DNA of 64,000 bases from Planctomycetota bacterium (GTDB lineage: Bacteria > Planctomycetota > Phycisphaerae > UBA1845). The stretch lies in contig JACQFE010000003.1 in the NCBI GenBank assembly GCA_016200265.1, positions 1,126-65,125 of the forward strand, written 5' to 3'. Position numbers and translations under genes: made by a program. Below, piece by piece: positions 7,895 through 16,302 of the stretch (positions are counted from its first letter, which is position 1; every line of letters begins with the position of its first letter). The notes below the pieces were generated by a model, which worked only from the letters and a program-made list of their open reading frames with translations, ran no database searches and had not been told where the DNA came from.

Positions 7895-8746
7895 ATGCGA
7901 ATGGCTGCGACGAAAACGCCGCGAGAAAAATCAGCCGGGGACGGGGTTATTGTGGTGGGGCCGGCCAACGCTCCGAATCATTCGGATGCTGAATACGTTG
8001 GCCGGCGCGCGAAGGAATTCCGCATCGTCGAGGACATGCTTTTGCGTGTCGCCCGCGGCAGCGGTCAGCTCGATTTCGATGAACGCGAATTCGTATTATG
8101 CGCGACGAAATGGCCCATGGCGCGGATCGATTCGACAATCGGTGGCCTTAGAGAATCCCTTGAGAAGGCGCAGCGATGCGGCACGCGATCCGACCTGAAT
8201 GTCCTCAAAGAGCGGGCCGGCCTGGTTGAACGATCAGCAGAGGAAACCCGCGAACGATTACGCCCGGAGCTGGAGCGAATTCAATCTGAAATCGAGCGTG
8301 CGGAGGCGGCCGCCGGTGAGGCGCGGCGGAATTGCGAGTCAATGGAGATTGCGAACCACCGGATGTGCGGCGCCTTGACAGGGCTTTTTCCCTGGTTGGA
8401 TTCGCGGCGGGAGTGGCGCCGCCAACTGGTTGAATCGACATGCCGCGAATTGAGCGAGGTCAGGCAGGCAATCGGTCGGTTGGACTCGATCGCGTCGATT
8501 CGATTCGACGAATGGGATCGAGTCAAAGCACATTGCGCGCATCTTGCGTTGATCGATGAGGCACTCGAAACCAATTCGGACGGTTGGCCCACGCGCTGCG
8601 TGTGGGATGAATATATAACCCGGGTGAACTCACCGCGGGATGAGTTGGTAGCGCGCGGTCGTGAACTTGAACGCGAGAAGGCGGCAGCGTTTTCACGAAT
8701 AGATGCTGAATTCGTTGAGGAATTTATTCCGCGGCTGACCGGCTGA
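7895..8746 (+). CDS. Coiled-coil hypothetical protein
   Basis: GGGAGG RBS; long E/R/A-rich heptad stretches. Confidence 0.75.
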   Translation: MRMAATKTPREKSAGDGVIVVGPANAPNHSDAEYVGRRAKEFRIVEDMLLRVARGSGQLDFDEREFVLCATKWPMARIDSTIGGLRESLEKAQRCGTRSDLNVLKERAGLVERSAEETRERLRPELERIQSEIERAEAAAGEARRNCESMEIANHRMCGALTGLFPWLDSRREWRRQLVESTCRELSEVRQAIGRLDSIASIRFDEWDRVKAHCAHLALIDEALETNSDGWPTRCVWDEYITRVNSPRDELVARGRELEREKAAAFSRIDAEFVEEFIPRLTG

Positions 8747-8750
8747 ATCA

Positions 8751-8936
8751 ATGGTGCCCTTCCGCCCACTAGCGGCCTGGCTCTTCTGGCATGGCGGCCC
8801 GGCCGCGGTGGGTGCTGGCAGCGATGATGACCTGGGCCGGCTGCGGGACTTGCGTTTGACGCAAGTCGGGCGTTGCCAAGCTGGACGATCGCTGGGTCCT
8901 TTCCAGCCACCTGCCGCGCAAGGCTTTGCCCGATGA
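8751..8936 (+). CDS. Hypothetical protein
   Basis: Short ORF starting 5 nt after the previous stop, in element orientation. No motif recognised. Confidence 0.3.
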   Translation: MVPFRPLAAWLFWHGGPAAVGAGSDDDLGRLRDLRLTQVGRCQAGRSLGPFQPPAAQGFAR

Positions 8937-9108
8937 TCTTGGCCTTTTTGCGTGTACATCGCGTGATTTGGCAACGAGTGAGTTTCCCAAGAAGGTTTGC
9001 GGGCGGTTTGCGGGGCGGGCTGTCGCGGGGTCGTGTTGGTCGTGCGAGCGATGGTGCGTGCGGTTTGCGGCGAGCGTTGTCCGTTAACGAGCGAGATTGC
9101 GAGGGAGC

Positions 9109-10674
9109 ATGTCCGGAGCACAAGCACAAGTCGAAGTGGTGATGACCAGCGATCAGGCGCGCTTCTGGCGCGACCTGCAAAAATCGGTCGATAAACTCGA
9201 TCACGTCAAGGGCAAGCTCGATGACGTGGCCGGCGGCGCTGGGCGAGCTGGCAAGGAATTTGCACACTTCGGGGCCAGTGCGATCGAACAGCTGGCGGGA
9301 ATGGCTGCCGGGTTCGTGTCCGTTGAAAAAGCGCTCGAGTTGTCGGTTGAAGGATTCGACCTCTGGCTCGAAAAAACGCGGCAGGTCGGTGAGGCCAGCC
9401 AGAAACTCGCGACCGCCGGAAAGTCGCTCGCCACAGCCCAACGGCCGGGAATGTCCGGACTCGCATTCAAAGAGGGCGCGGAGCTGCTTTCGCAATTCGG
9501 ATTCACGGATCAACAGAAAGGCTTCGATCTAATCCGACAATTGCAGGGCGTGCGAGGCGGCGATCTAACGGCCGGTATGGAATCTGCGAGGACTGTGTTG
9601 CAAGGTTGGCGAGTTGGATTGCCGGTTGAACTCGCTTCCGAGACCGAAGCAAAGGGCGTTTCGCTCGGACTTCCGCCGGGCGTTTTGATCAAGCGAACAT
9701 TTGAAGCGGCGCGATTCGCAGGCGCGAATCCCAGCGACATGCTGGGCGGCGCCGGTGGACTCGTCGATTTTCGAGGGGAAGATCGATTTGCACTTGCCAT
9801 GCTCGCGGATTTGGTGAAACAAAAGGGCGCGGGCGGCGCGGCTTCATTCGAGCAAATCGGCCGCATTCTTTCCGGGCAGGATCAAGACCCGCATTGGAAG
9901 CGGATGGTCCGCAGTATCGAGCGAGAACTCGGCCCAGGCAAAGAAAATCTGCTTCGCGGATTGCTGGGGAAGCGCATCATTGAACCTGAGCAATTGCGAA
10001 AAGCGGGGGTGAAGGGTCGGGCCGGCGTGCCAGAGGCGATGAGTTTCGCGCTGAAGGATTTTGGCGCGATCCTCGCCGGCAAGTACGACCTCGAGCACTA
10101 TGACGAAGCCAACATTTTTGAGAACTTGTTCGCGCAGCTTCAGCGCGAAGTTCCGGGACTCCGCGACGCCGAAGCTAACCGGATTCTGGGGGCAAAGTTT
10201 GAACACGAGCTCGCCGCCGATCCGAAGGCGGCATTCGCTCGAAAAATGGAAACGGAAGAGCGCCTTCGTGGCCGGGCGCTACAAAAAATGGGTCTCTCGA
10301 GTGTCGGTCCATTTGGAGCATTCGCAACCTACGATGAAAGCGGCCGCGCGATTCGCAGTATAGGTGAAAACGTCTTCGGACCGTTCGGCTGGCGGGGTGT
10401 GTTGACACGCCTGGAAGTGCCGCGCTACGGCACTTCGATGGTGCCGGCTGAGGATGAAATAGAATATGAAATGGCCGAGCTTCGCCGCGGCGATCGCAAG
10501 CGAGAAGTTGAGGTGCGACGGCCGCGACTTGGCGGCGCCGAATCGACTGGCGCTGGGGGCGGCGACTTGAGAGCGGCAATCCGGGAACTTGCTGACACCA
10601 ACATCTTGCTGCGATCCGCGATTCATAGCTTTCGCGGCGGGCCGACACTCGGGAAACCGGGGGCCGATCGCTAG
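9109..10674 (+). CDS. Tail tape-measure-like protein (521 aa)
   Basis: GAGGGAG RBS. The N-terminus QVEVVMTSDQARFWRDLQKSVDKLDHVKGKLDDVAGGAGRAG...LAGMAAGFVSV and a long Ala/Gly/Leu-rich helical body are typical of tape measures. Confidence 0.6.
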   Translation: MSGAQAQVEVVMTSDQARFWRDLQKSVDKLDHVKGKLDDVAGGAGRAGKEFAHFGASAIEQLAGMAAGFVSVEKALELSVEGFDLWLEKTRQVGEASQKLATAGKSLATAQRPGMSGLAFKEGAELLSQFGFTDQQKGFDLIRQLQGVRGGDLTAGMESARTVLQGWRVGLPVELASETEAKGVSLGLPPGVLIKRTFEAARFAGANPSDMLGGAGGLVDFRGEDRFALAMLADLVKQKGAGGAASFEQIGRILSGQDQDPHWKRMVRSIERELGPGKENLLRGLLGKRIIEPEQLRKAGVKGRAGVPEAMSFALKDFGAILAGKYDLEHYDEANIFENLFAQLQREVPGLRDAEANRILGAKFEHELAADPKAAFARKMETEERLRGRALQKMGLSSVGPFGAFATYDESGRAIRSIGENVFGPFGWRGVLTRLEVPRYGTSMVPAEDEIEYEMAELRRGDRKREVEVRRPRLGGAESTGAGGGDLRAAIRELADTNILLRSAIHSFRGGPTLGKPGADR

Positions 10675-10676
10675 TA

Positions 10677-11039
10677 GTGAGCGGATCAATGAACGACGAC
10701 GAAATTTGCGAGGCATTTGAGAAATTGAACGACCAGTTGACCGAGGCCGGACGATTGCTCGATGAGCATCTTCAACGGATTACGGCGATGATGGTCAGGT
10801 ACGAAGGGTCGGTCGATTCGCTGCGACATCAACTGAGCGATCACGTCGTGACACGAGAACTGACCATCCTCGATTCCGCGGGGCAAAAGCGTGCGTCGTT
10901 GTCGGTGCTCGATGGTCGCGCCTTGTTGATCTTGGCTGACGACGCGGGCCGAAATGTGGTTTATGCGCCGTCGTTGCCAGGCGAATCGAGCGAGAATTCC
11001 GGCTCGCCGGTCGATGACACAGATCCGCAAGGGCCGTGA
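10677..11039 (+). CDS. Hypothetical protein, N-terminal coiled coil plus beta-rich C-terminus
   Basis: VVTRELTILDSAGQKRASLSVLDGRALLILADDAG; abuts the previous stop. Confidence 0.65.
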   Translation: MSGSMNDDEICEAFEKLNDQLTEAGRLLDEHLQRITAMMVRYEGSVDSLRHQLSDHVVTRELTILDSAGQKRASLSVLDGRALLILADDAGRNVVYAPSLPGESSENSGSPVDDTDPQGP

Positions 11040-11262
11040 TTTTCGCCTGAAACCGTACCCTATTGACGCCGGCGGCGGTTCGATTGAGAATGATCGGGCC
11101 GACGGATGTAGAAGCACCCGCCGGCCCTGATCACACGATCGTGGGTTAACACGAGTCGCATGACTGAACGCATCATATTTGACCATGCACTTCATTCAAC
11201 CCGCGATCTTGCTGCGCGCGTGCGCGGCACCAGGTCCACACTTCTAGCCAGGAGCATTCATC

Positions 11263-11916
11263 ATGGAATTCGCGATTAAACGGTATCGAAGAGAAAAGGC
11301 ACGAATCAAACAGTTGGCCAGAGGCTCGAGGCGATTGAATTGGAAAAGGCGATCCCGCGGCGGAGGCGGCGGCGATCGGGAATCGAACCGACGCCCACAA
11401 GCGAAGGCAGACGAGAGCGAGGCAACCGGGTTCATGGTGAGGATCCCGACCGGGACGCTCGTCAACGCATTGGTCGACTCGTGCGGCGGTCACGTTGAAT
11501 GGTGCAAGGCTGTCCTGATCGGCGGCGGCACGGCTGTTGGGTGGGTCAGGGTCATCCAACCCGACGATCCATCGCCCGCACTCAAGGTGCTCGTCGGAAA
11601 AGTTTTTCACGCCCCATGGCACAACATCGAAGCCCATGTCGAGGGGTTGGCCGAAAAGGGCGGCCGCAGAGATCGAGATTGCAAAAAACTCGACGATGAG
11701 ATGGACCTACTTTCCATCGAAACGAAGAGCGTCGCGGCGTGCAGGCTGCTACTCGAAGTGGAAACCAATCAGAGCTATGAATCGATGAAGCCGGATGACA
11801 GTTCCTACTTGCACGCAGCGATGGAGCTGGTCGAGGAAGTGGTCGACAAGGTGCGCGGTGTTCGGCGATCGCTGTATCCAGACGGCAGTGAGGGCGACGC
11901 ACGTGGAAGCAAATGA
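11263..11916 (+). CDS. Hypothetical protein
   Basis: AGGAG RBS at ~11250; 217-aa ORF in element orientation. Confidence 0.65.
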   Translation: MEFAIKRYRREKARIKQLARGSRRLNWKRRSRGGGGGDRESNRRPQAKADESEATGFMVRIPTGTLVNALVDSCGGHVEWCKAVLIGGGTAVGWVRVIQPDDPSPALKVLVGKVFHAPWHNIEAHVEGLAEKGGRRDRDCKKLDDEMDLLSIETKSVAACRLLLEVETNQSYESMKPDDSSYLHAAMELVEEVVDKVRGVRRSLYPDGSEGDARGSK

Positions 11917-12201
11917 CCCACGGGCTTGCTACTGCCCTGTGTGCGAGGGGCTTTGCTCGACGATGGCCGCGAGCTGTCCGCGGTGCGGGCATCCGCTGGC
12001 AAACCCGGCCGACAGCATCGGCGGGACCGTGCCGGCGGCGGTCGCGTTCCGATGTTGGTCAATCGCGGCACGGTCGGCGGTGGCAGTCCGGGCGATTTGA
12101 TGGGCGCGGCACTATGCGGCCTCGGAGCGATGTTGCTGGGGGCTTTGCTGCGTGCCGTCGCGGGAATCTGGTACGGCGTCGAGCGGATCGCGAGGCGGTG
12201 A
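11903..12201 (+). CDS. Zinc-ribbon plus transmembrane protein, possibly frameshifted near 12050
   Basis: CPVCEGLCSTMAASCPRCGHPL in one frame and hydrophobic MLVN...GAALCGLGAMLLGALLRAVAGIW in another. The junction reads TTC CG ATG. Confidence 0.45.
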
Positions 12202-12217
12202 ACGGAGGGTGTGTAAA

Positions 12218-12697
12218 ATGACGGATTCAGCATCGACGATGACCATATCCATTGACCAGGCTGGGCGGATGACTGGGATCGGGAAAGATCGACTGCGGGA
12301 GCTGATGCACAATGGAACGCTCAAGGGCTATGTGAGCAAGGCGGGGAAGCGATTCAGGCCGTCGGTTTATTCGTTGCTGGTGAACGTGCTGGGCTATCCC
12401 AGCGACGTGGCGGGCAAGGTGGTAGTCGACGCACTGGCCGAGCACGCTGCGTGCAACACAGCGTCGCGGACGGCGTCCAGCACGCGGCTGGCGCTTCCAC
12501 GTCCGCCGATACGAAACCAGCGCGGAGCTGTCGCTGTCGTTCGGCAAGTCGAACCGGATGGCGTTCACCATGGTCGGGATCAAATTTTCGTCAAATCTGA
12601 TCCTGACGTCGACGCGATCCTGATAGACATGCGTCGGAGGCGTGCGGCGCGGCGTGAACGCTGGCGAAATGAAGGCCGCGCAAAGTTGGTTGGGTGA
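12218..12697 (+). CDS. Excisionase-like HTH protein
   Basis: GGAGGG RBS; TISIDQAGRMTGIGKDRLRELMHNGTL HTH; immediately upstream of the integrase. Confidence 0.7.
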   Translation: MTDSASTMTISIDQAGRMTGIGKDRLRELMHNGTLKGYVSKAGKRFRPSVYSLLVNVLGYPSDVAGKVVVDALAEHAACNTASRTASSTRLALPRPPIRNQRGAVAVVRQVEPDGVHHGRDQIFVKSDPDVDAILIDMRRRRAARRERWRNEGRAKLVG

Positions 12698-12774
12698 ACC
12701 GTTGACGCGATGCGTGTGTAGAAGAGGGTCGGAGACAATGGCGGGGTCGATCAACCCCTGGGAGTAGGTGCAAA

Positions 12775-14526
12775 ATGTCGAGAATCTTCAAGCCGAAGTA
12801 TCCGAAAATGCGGATCGTGCATGGCGCCGACGGCAAGCCGGTGATGGAACGGCGCATCGCGAAGCGGGGGCCGAACAAAGGCCAGCTCGTCACAATCCCC
12901 AAGCGTGAACCCGTCGTCGATTCCAACGGCCAAATCGTCTACAAGCGCTCCAGTCGATGGGCAATCGAGTACACGGATGCTCGTGGTGATCGGCGCACTG
13001 CGGCTGGACACACTGACAAAGAGGCGACGGAATCGAAGGCAGCGAAGATCGTCACGCGCATCGCCAGGCAGAAAGAGGGCATTTTCGATACTGACGTGGC
13101 GCACCTGCAGACACCGGTCAAGGTTCACGCGGCTGCATGGATTGCCGACCTTGAACGGACCGGCAGTTCCAAGGGGTACATTCGGATGGTGCGCGCCCGC
13201 GTCGGCCGTCTTTGTCTCGAGCTGCAATGGACGACGCCCCCCACCATCGATGCGGAATACGTAGCGGCGTGGCTGGCCGCACGCAAAGCGGGCGGGATGA
13301 AGCCTCGGACCCTGAATCACTACCTGGACGCTCTAAATGCTTTCTGCAAGTGGGCGAAGGTTGCAAAGCGTTTCGAAGTCAACCCCGTCGAACACGTTAC
13401 AAAGACGACGGTCGGGCAATCATCAGAGACGCGCCGAGCACTGTCAGCGGATGAGCTGGGGCGGCTGGTCGTAGTGCATCCAATTCGCGGGCGGGTATAT
13501 CTCACAGCGGCGCTGACGGGACTACGTAGAAGTGAGCTGGCGGCGCTCCAATGGGGTGACATACAGCTTGGCGGGGCGAATCCGCATATCTTGCTACGTG
13601 CTGAAACGACGAAATCGAGGCGTGCCGACACGATCCCTTTGAACGATGAAATCAGCCGGCGTCTGCGAGAGTGGCAACCCCCCCACTGTCTGCCCGCGGA
13701 CCGGGTATTTCAATCAATTCCACAGTGCCGCGCGGCCAGGGCCGCGACCGAAAAAAGGCCAGGCAAGTGCGCCAGCGCCTTCGATCGTGATCTTGCGGCC
13801 GCGGGAATCGAGAAAGAAGTCGATGGGCGGCGCGTCGATCTTCACGCGCTGCGAAAAACCATGAATGTGCTGTTGGCAAAGAGTGGCGTCGATGTGCGTG
13901 ACGCGATGACGTTGATGCGCCACACGGATATCCGCTTGACGACGAAGGTCTATGCCGATCCGCGGCTACAAGATCTTCACGGTGCGATGAACAAGATTCC
14001 GATCGTCGCGCCCGAGCCCGAGCGAGCACGCGCTTTCGGAACATGCGATGCAAGGCCAGACATACGCAAAAGCATACGCACAGGCATACGCGTCAGTGCG
14101 TCCGCGAGTGGCCGCAAGCGGGTCAAAATGCACATTGAACCGTCGGACGCGGAAGCACGGCGAACAAGCGCAACCGCTGGTGAGTGCCATAGTTATGACA
14201 CAAAAAATGAACGGAGCGGGAGGGATTCGAACCCTCGGTGCAGTTTCCCGCACACCGCATTTCCAGTGCGATCCCTTCAGCCACTCGGACACCGCTCCAT
14301 GTGTTTTCGCGACACGAGAATCCATCAACGATTGGCCTTGGCGCCAAGGATCGATTCCAATTTGCGCGAACCAGCGAATTTTGGCGGGATTGAGAACATC
14401 GGTCAAGCTGATGACGACCTTCGACGCATGGTTCAAGGGCAACTTCGCAATACGGTTGACATCACCGGGTCCGCACTTACATTGCATCTTCGGCCAAGGC
14501 GCAAGCCGATGCCCGAGGGCTCGTAG
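12775..14526 (+). CDS. Tyrosine recombinase (integrase); frame runs through the att core and antisense through tRNA-Ser
   Basis: Catalytic R (TGLRRSEL), K (TTKSRR), HxxR (HALR), H (MRHTD) and Y (TKVY). 487 codons lie up to the att end and 96 beyond it. Confidence 0.95.
   Translation: MSRIFKPKYPKMRIVHGADGKPVMERRIAKRGPNKGQLVTIPKREPVVDSNGQIVYKRSSRWAIEYTDARGDRRTAAGHTDKEATESKAAKIVTRIARQKEGIFDTDVAHLQTPVKVHAAAWIADLERTGSSKGYIRMVRARVGRLCLELQWTTPPTIDAEYVAAWLAARKAGGMKPRTLNHYLDALNAFCKWAKVAKRFEVNPVEHVTKTTVGQSSETRRALSADELGRLVVVHPIRGRVYLTAALTGLRRSELAALQWGDIQLGGANPHILLRAETTKSRRADTIPLNDEISRRLREWQPPHCLPADRVFQSIPQCRAARAATEKRPGKCASAFDRDLAAAGIEKEVDGRRVDLHALRKTMNVLLAKSGVDVRDAMTLMRHTDIRLTTKVYADPRLQDLHGAMNKIPIVAPEPERARAFGTCDARPDIRKSIRTGIRVSASASGRKRVKMHIEPSDAEARRTSATAGECHSYDTKNERSGRDSNPRCSFPHTAFPVRSLQPLGHRSMCFRDTRIHQRLALAPRIDSNLREPANFGGIENIGQADDDLRRMVQGQLRNTVDITGSALTLHLRPRRKPMPEGS
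14061..14092 (+). promoter_or_regulatory. Putative integrase arm-type sites (3 x CATACGC, 12-bp period)
   Basis: catacgcaaaag-catacgcacagg-catacgcg, ending 113 bp before the att core. Confidence 0.65.
14205..14235. repeat. att core, tRNA-proximal copy
   Basis: Identical 31-mer to 2662-2692, overlapping the last 24 nt of tRNA-Ser. Confidence 0.95.
14212..14298 (-). tRNA. tRNA-Ser (GGA), CCA not encoded
   Basis: GGAGCGG acceptor, TCGCA-CTGGAAA-TGCGG anticodon arm, long variable arm, GAGGG-TTCGAAT-CCCTC T arm. Confidence 0.95.
14456..14483 (+). promoter_or_regulatory. Putative sigma70 promoter of tRNA-Ile
   Basis: TTGACA-N16-TACATT, ~34 nt upstream of the tRNA. Confidence 0.5.
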
Positions 14527-14590
14527 CTCAGTTGGTTAGAGCGCGTCGCTGATAACGACGAGGTCCGAGGTTCGAATCCTCGCGGGCCCA
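14517..14590 (+). tRNA. tRNA-Ile (GAT), CCA not encoded
   Basis: GGGCTCGTAGCTCAGTTGGTTAGAGC...CGTCG-CTGATAA-CGACG...GTTCGAATCC...GGGCCCA. Confidence 0.97.
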
Positions 14591-14724
14591 GTACTATGGA
14601 AGCCTCCGGATTCCGCGTGGCCTATAGTCTATGGACGCAGGAATGGTTGGAAATCGAACTTTTCTATCCCGACGAAAATCCGTCCTCAAGAGTCGTTGGC
14701 CTGCCCTTCCGATAGAATGGGTGT

Positions 14725-15168
14725 ATGACCGAGCACACGAATCGACTAATTTCTGAGTTCCGCCGCAGGCCGATTCCTGCTTGGCTAGTGTTGTCGCTGT
14801 ACGCTGTGAGCGGATTGGGTATTGCTGTATTAGTTCCTGCTTTCAAAGCGCTTGGGTCGTCCTGCTTCGGGCGCAGTGGTTACGGCGTCGCGATCGTGGT
14901 CAATGTTGTTCTCCCGTTGTTTTTCGTCGTCGCGGCCGCTTGGTATCCGAAATGGTCTGTGGCACTTCCGGGAACTTTCCTCACAATTCTTGTATTCATG
15001 CTTGCGACCGGCATGTTGCCGACTTCATTGTCCGGCGACTGGATCGGTTCCTTTCGCGGAATGGAGCCCGTTTTTGTCATTGCCTGTATTGCCTATTTCA
15101 TAATCAGTTTCATCACGGTCGCTATCGTGCGAACGATGCAACACATCGGCGCGACGCCCCCTGCGTAA
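14725..15168 (+). CDS. Four-TM membrane protein; C-terminal zinc ribbon cut off by TAA at 15166
   Basis: Hydrophobic helices. In frame after the TAA comes PTCREGFQSGNVSGACPECGTRI, ending at a TGA (15238-15240) that overlaps the next ATG. Confidence 0.7.
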   Translation: MTEHTNRLISEFRRRPIPAWLVLSLYAVSGLGIAVLVPAFKALGSSCFGRSGYGVAIVVNVVLPLFFVVAAAWYPKWSVALPGTFLTILVFMLATGMLPTSLSGDWIGSFRGMEPVFVIACIAYFIISFITVAIVRTMQHIGATPPA

Positions 15169-15236
15169 CCTACGTGCCGCGAAGGATTCCAATCGGGCAA
15201 CGTCTCAGGCGCTTGTCCCGAGTGTGGAACACGAAT

Positions 15237-15659
15237 ATGACACCACGCCGTGCGAGAAACTTGAGCGCACTCATTGCGATTCTCTGTGGAAGCGTGTTGC
15301 TAAGCTCGCTATTTCTAGACTATGGCTATACGGGGCACGGTGTGATTGTAGCAATCACGGAAGGGTCAGTTGTTGGGAGTCCGTTGTCACCCGGCCAAGG
15401 TTGGGCCGTTTGGAGCTGGCACTGGCCGCGCACTAATTACTGGCTTCCTCATCTATTTTCGGATCCACGAATCTTCGAAATTGCCATACCCCTCTGGATA
15501 CCGACCGCCTTGTCAATCGTTGTCACCGCGCTCTTTCATCACAGAGTACATGCCACGAAACCCGGCTGTTGTCGCAAGTGCGAATACGACCTTACCGGAA
15601 ACGTATCGGGCACCTGTCCCGAATGTGGAACACGAACGCATCGAGAAACAGCAAGCTAG
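15237..15659 (+). CDS. Membrane protein with C-terminal CxxC..DLTGNVSGxCPECG zinc ribbon
   Basis: IPLWIPTAL TM segment, then CRKCEYDLTGNVSGTCPECGT. Confidence 0.8.
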   Translation: MTPRRARNLSALIAILCGSVLLSSLFLDYGYTGHGVIVAITEGSVVGSPLSPGQGWAVWSWHWPRTNYWLPHLFSDPRIFEIAIPLWIPTALSIVVTALFHHRVHATKPGCCRKCEYDLTGNVSGTCPECGTRTHRETAS

Positions 15660-15696
15660 GAATTCACATCGTGGTAGTTGCAATCTTTCGTCCGCT

Positions 15697-16137
15697 CTAA
15701 GAAAGCGAGTGCCCACCAGCTCGGCTCGATGGCCAAAAGGCCGCTACGAGAAGCGCGGCACTTGCGATGCAAACGATGATCGTGGCGCATAGAAATGGAA
15801 CCGCTTCAAAATATCGTGCGCCCATCAGTCCGATGAGCACCGGCGGCAATGTGGCGATCGTCAAGGCTGTCGCGCGAACGACCATCAAAGCCCATCGTTC
15901 GCCCCGTGTCGCATACGGCGCAGCGAACGCGGTTAGGAACCCCAGCGGCAAGAGGAGAATGCCGACGACGACATGGTTCAGGAGCATCGGCGGCGTGAGA
16001 AAGTCAACGGACCCCGGCAACGCAGACTGACGCACGAACTGAACGATGTGCGGGGTTACGGCCAAGTGCAATCCGCCCAAGACGACAAGCAGGACACCGC
16101 CGATCCAGAGAATGACTGACCGAAGCGGATAGCGCAT
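15697..16137 (-). CDS. Four-TM integral membrane protein
   Basis: MRYPLRSVILWIGGVLLVVLGGLHL... with four hydrophobic segments. Confidence 0.75.
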   Translation of the reverse strand: MRYPLRSVILWIGGVLLVVLGGLHLAVTPHIVQFVRQSALPGSVDFLTPPMLLNHVVVGILLLPLGFLTAFAAPYATRGERWALMVVRATALTIATLPPVLIGLMGARYFEAVPFLCATIIVCIASAALLVAAFWPSSRAGGHSLS

Positions 16138-16302
16138 AAATGGACTCCAGCTTGTGATGGTACTCGAATTTACCCAAATGGCCGTCGCTTGCACGACGCC
16201 CGGCGGTACAACGACGCGGCGCGATGGGTGACAAGTCGCCGGATGCAAGTTCACTCAATGGAAATAGGGAAAAACGAGCGCCCGGCGACGCACCCAAGCG
16301 CA

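Larger units (their letters stand above)
2662..14235 (+). mobile_element. 11.5-kb integrative, phage-satellite-like element in tRNA-Ser(GGA)
   Basis: Perfect 31-bp direct repeats 11,543 bp apart, one overlapping the tRNA 3' end. Tyrosine integrase next to the tRNA. AlpA/Xis, replication initiator, DnaC-like, S49 and tape-measure-like genes are all on the + strand. Confidence 0.9.

Noticed and set aside
7895-8746. Major capsid protein candidate after the protease
   Set aside because: The sequence is predominantly helical/coiled-coil with no HK97-like features visible. It cannot be fully excluded without a profile search.
8281-9513. Long antisense ORFs (8281..9513 -, 32868..34175 +, 61913..63193 +, 17078..17776 - and similar)
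   Set aside because: They are shadow frames of well-supported genes in GC-rich DNA, with no motifs or RBS.
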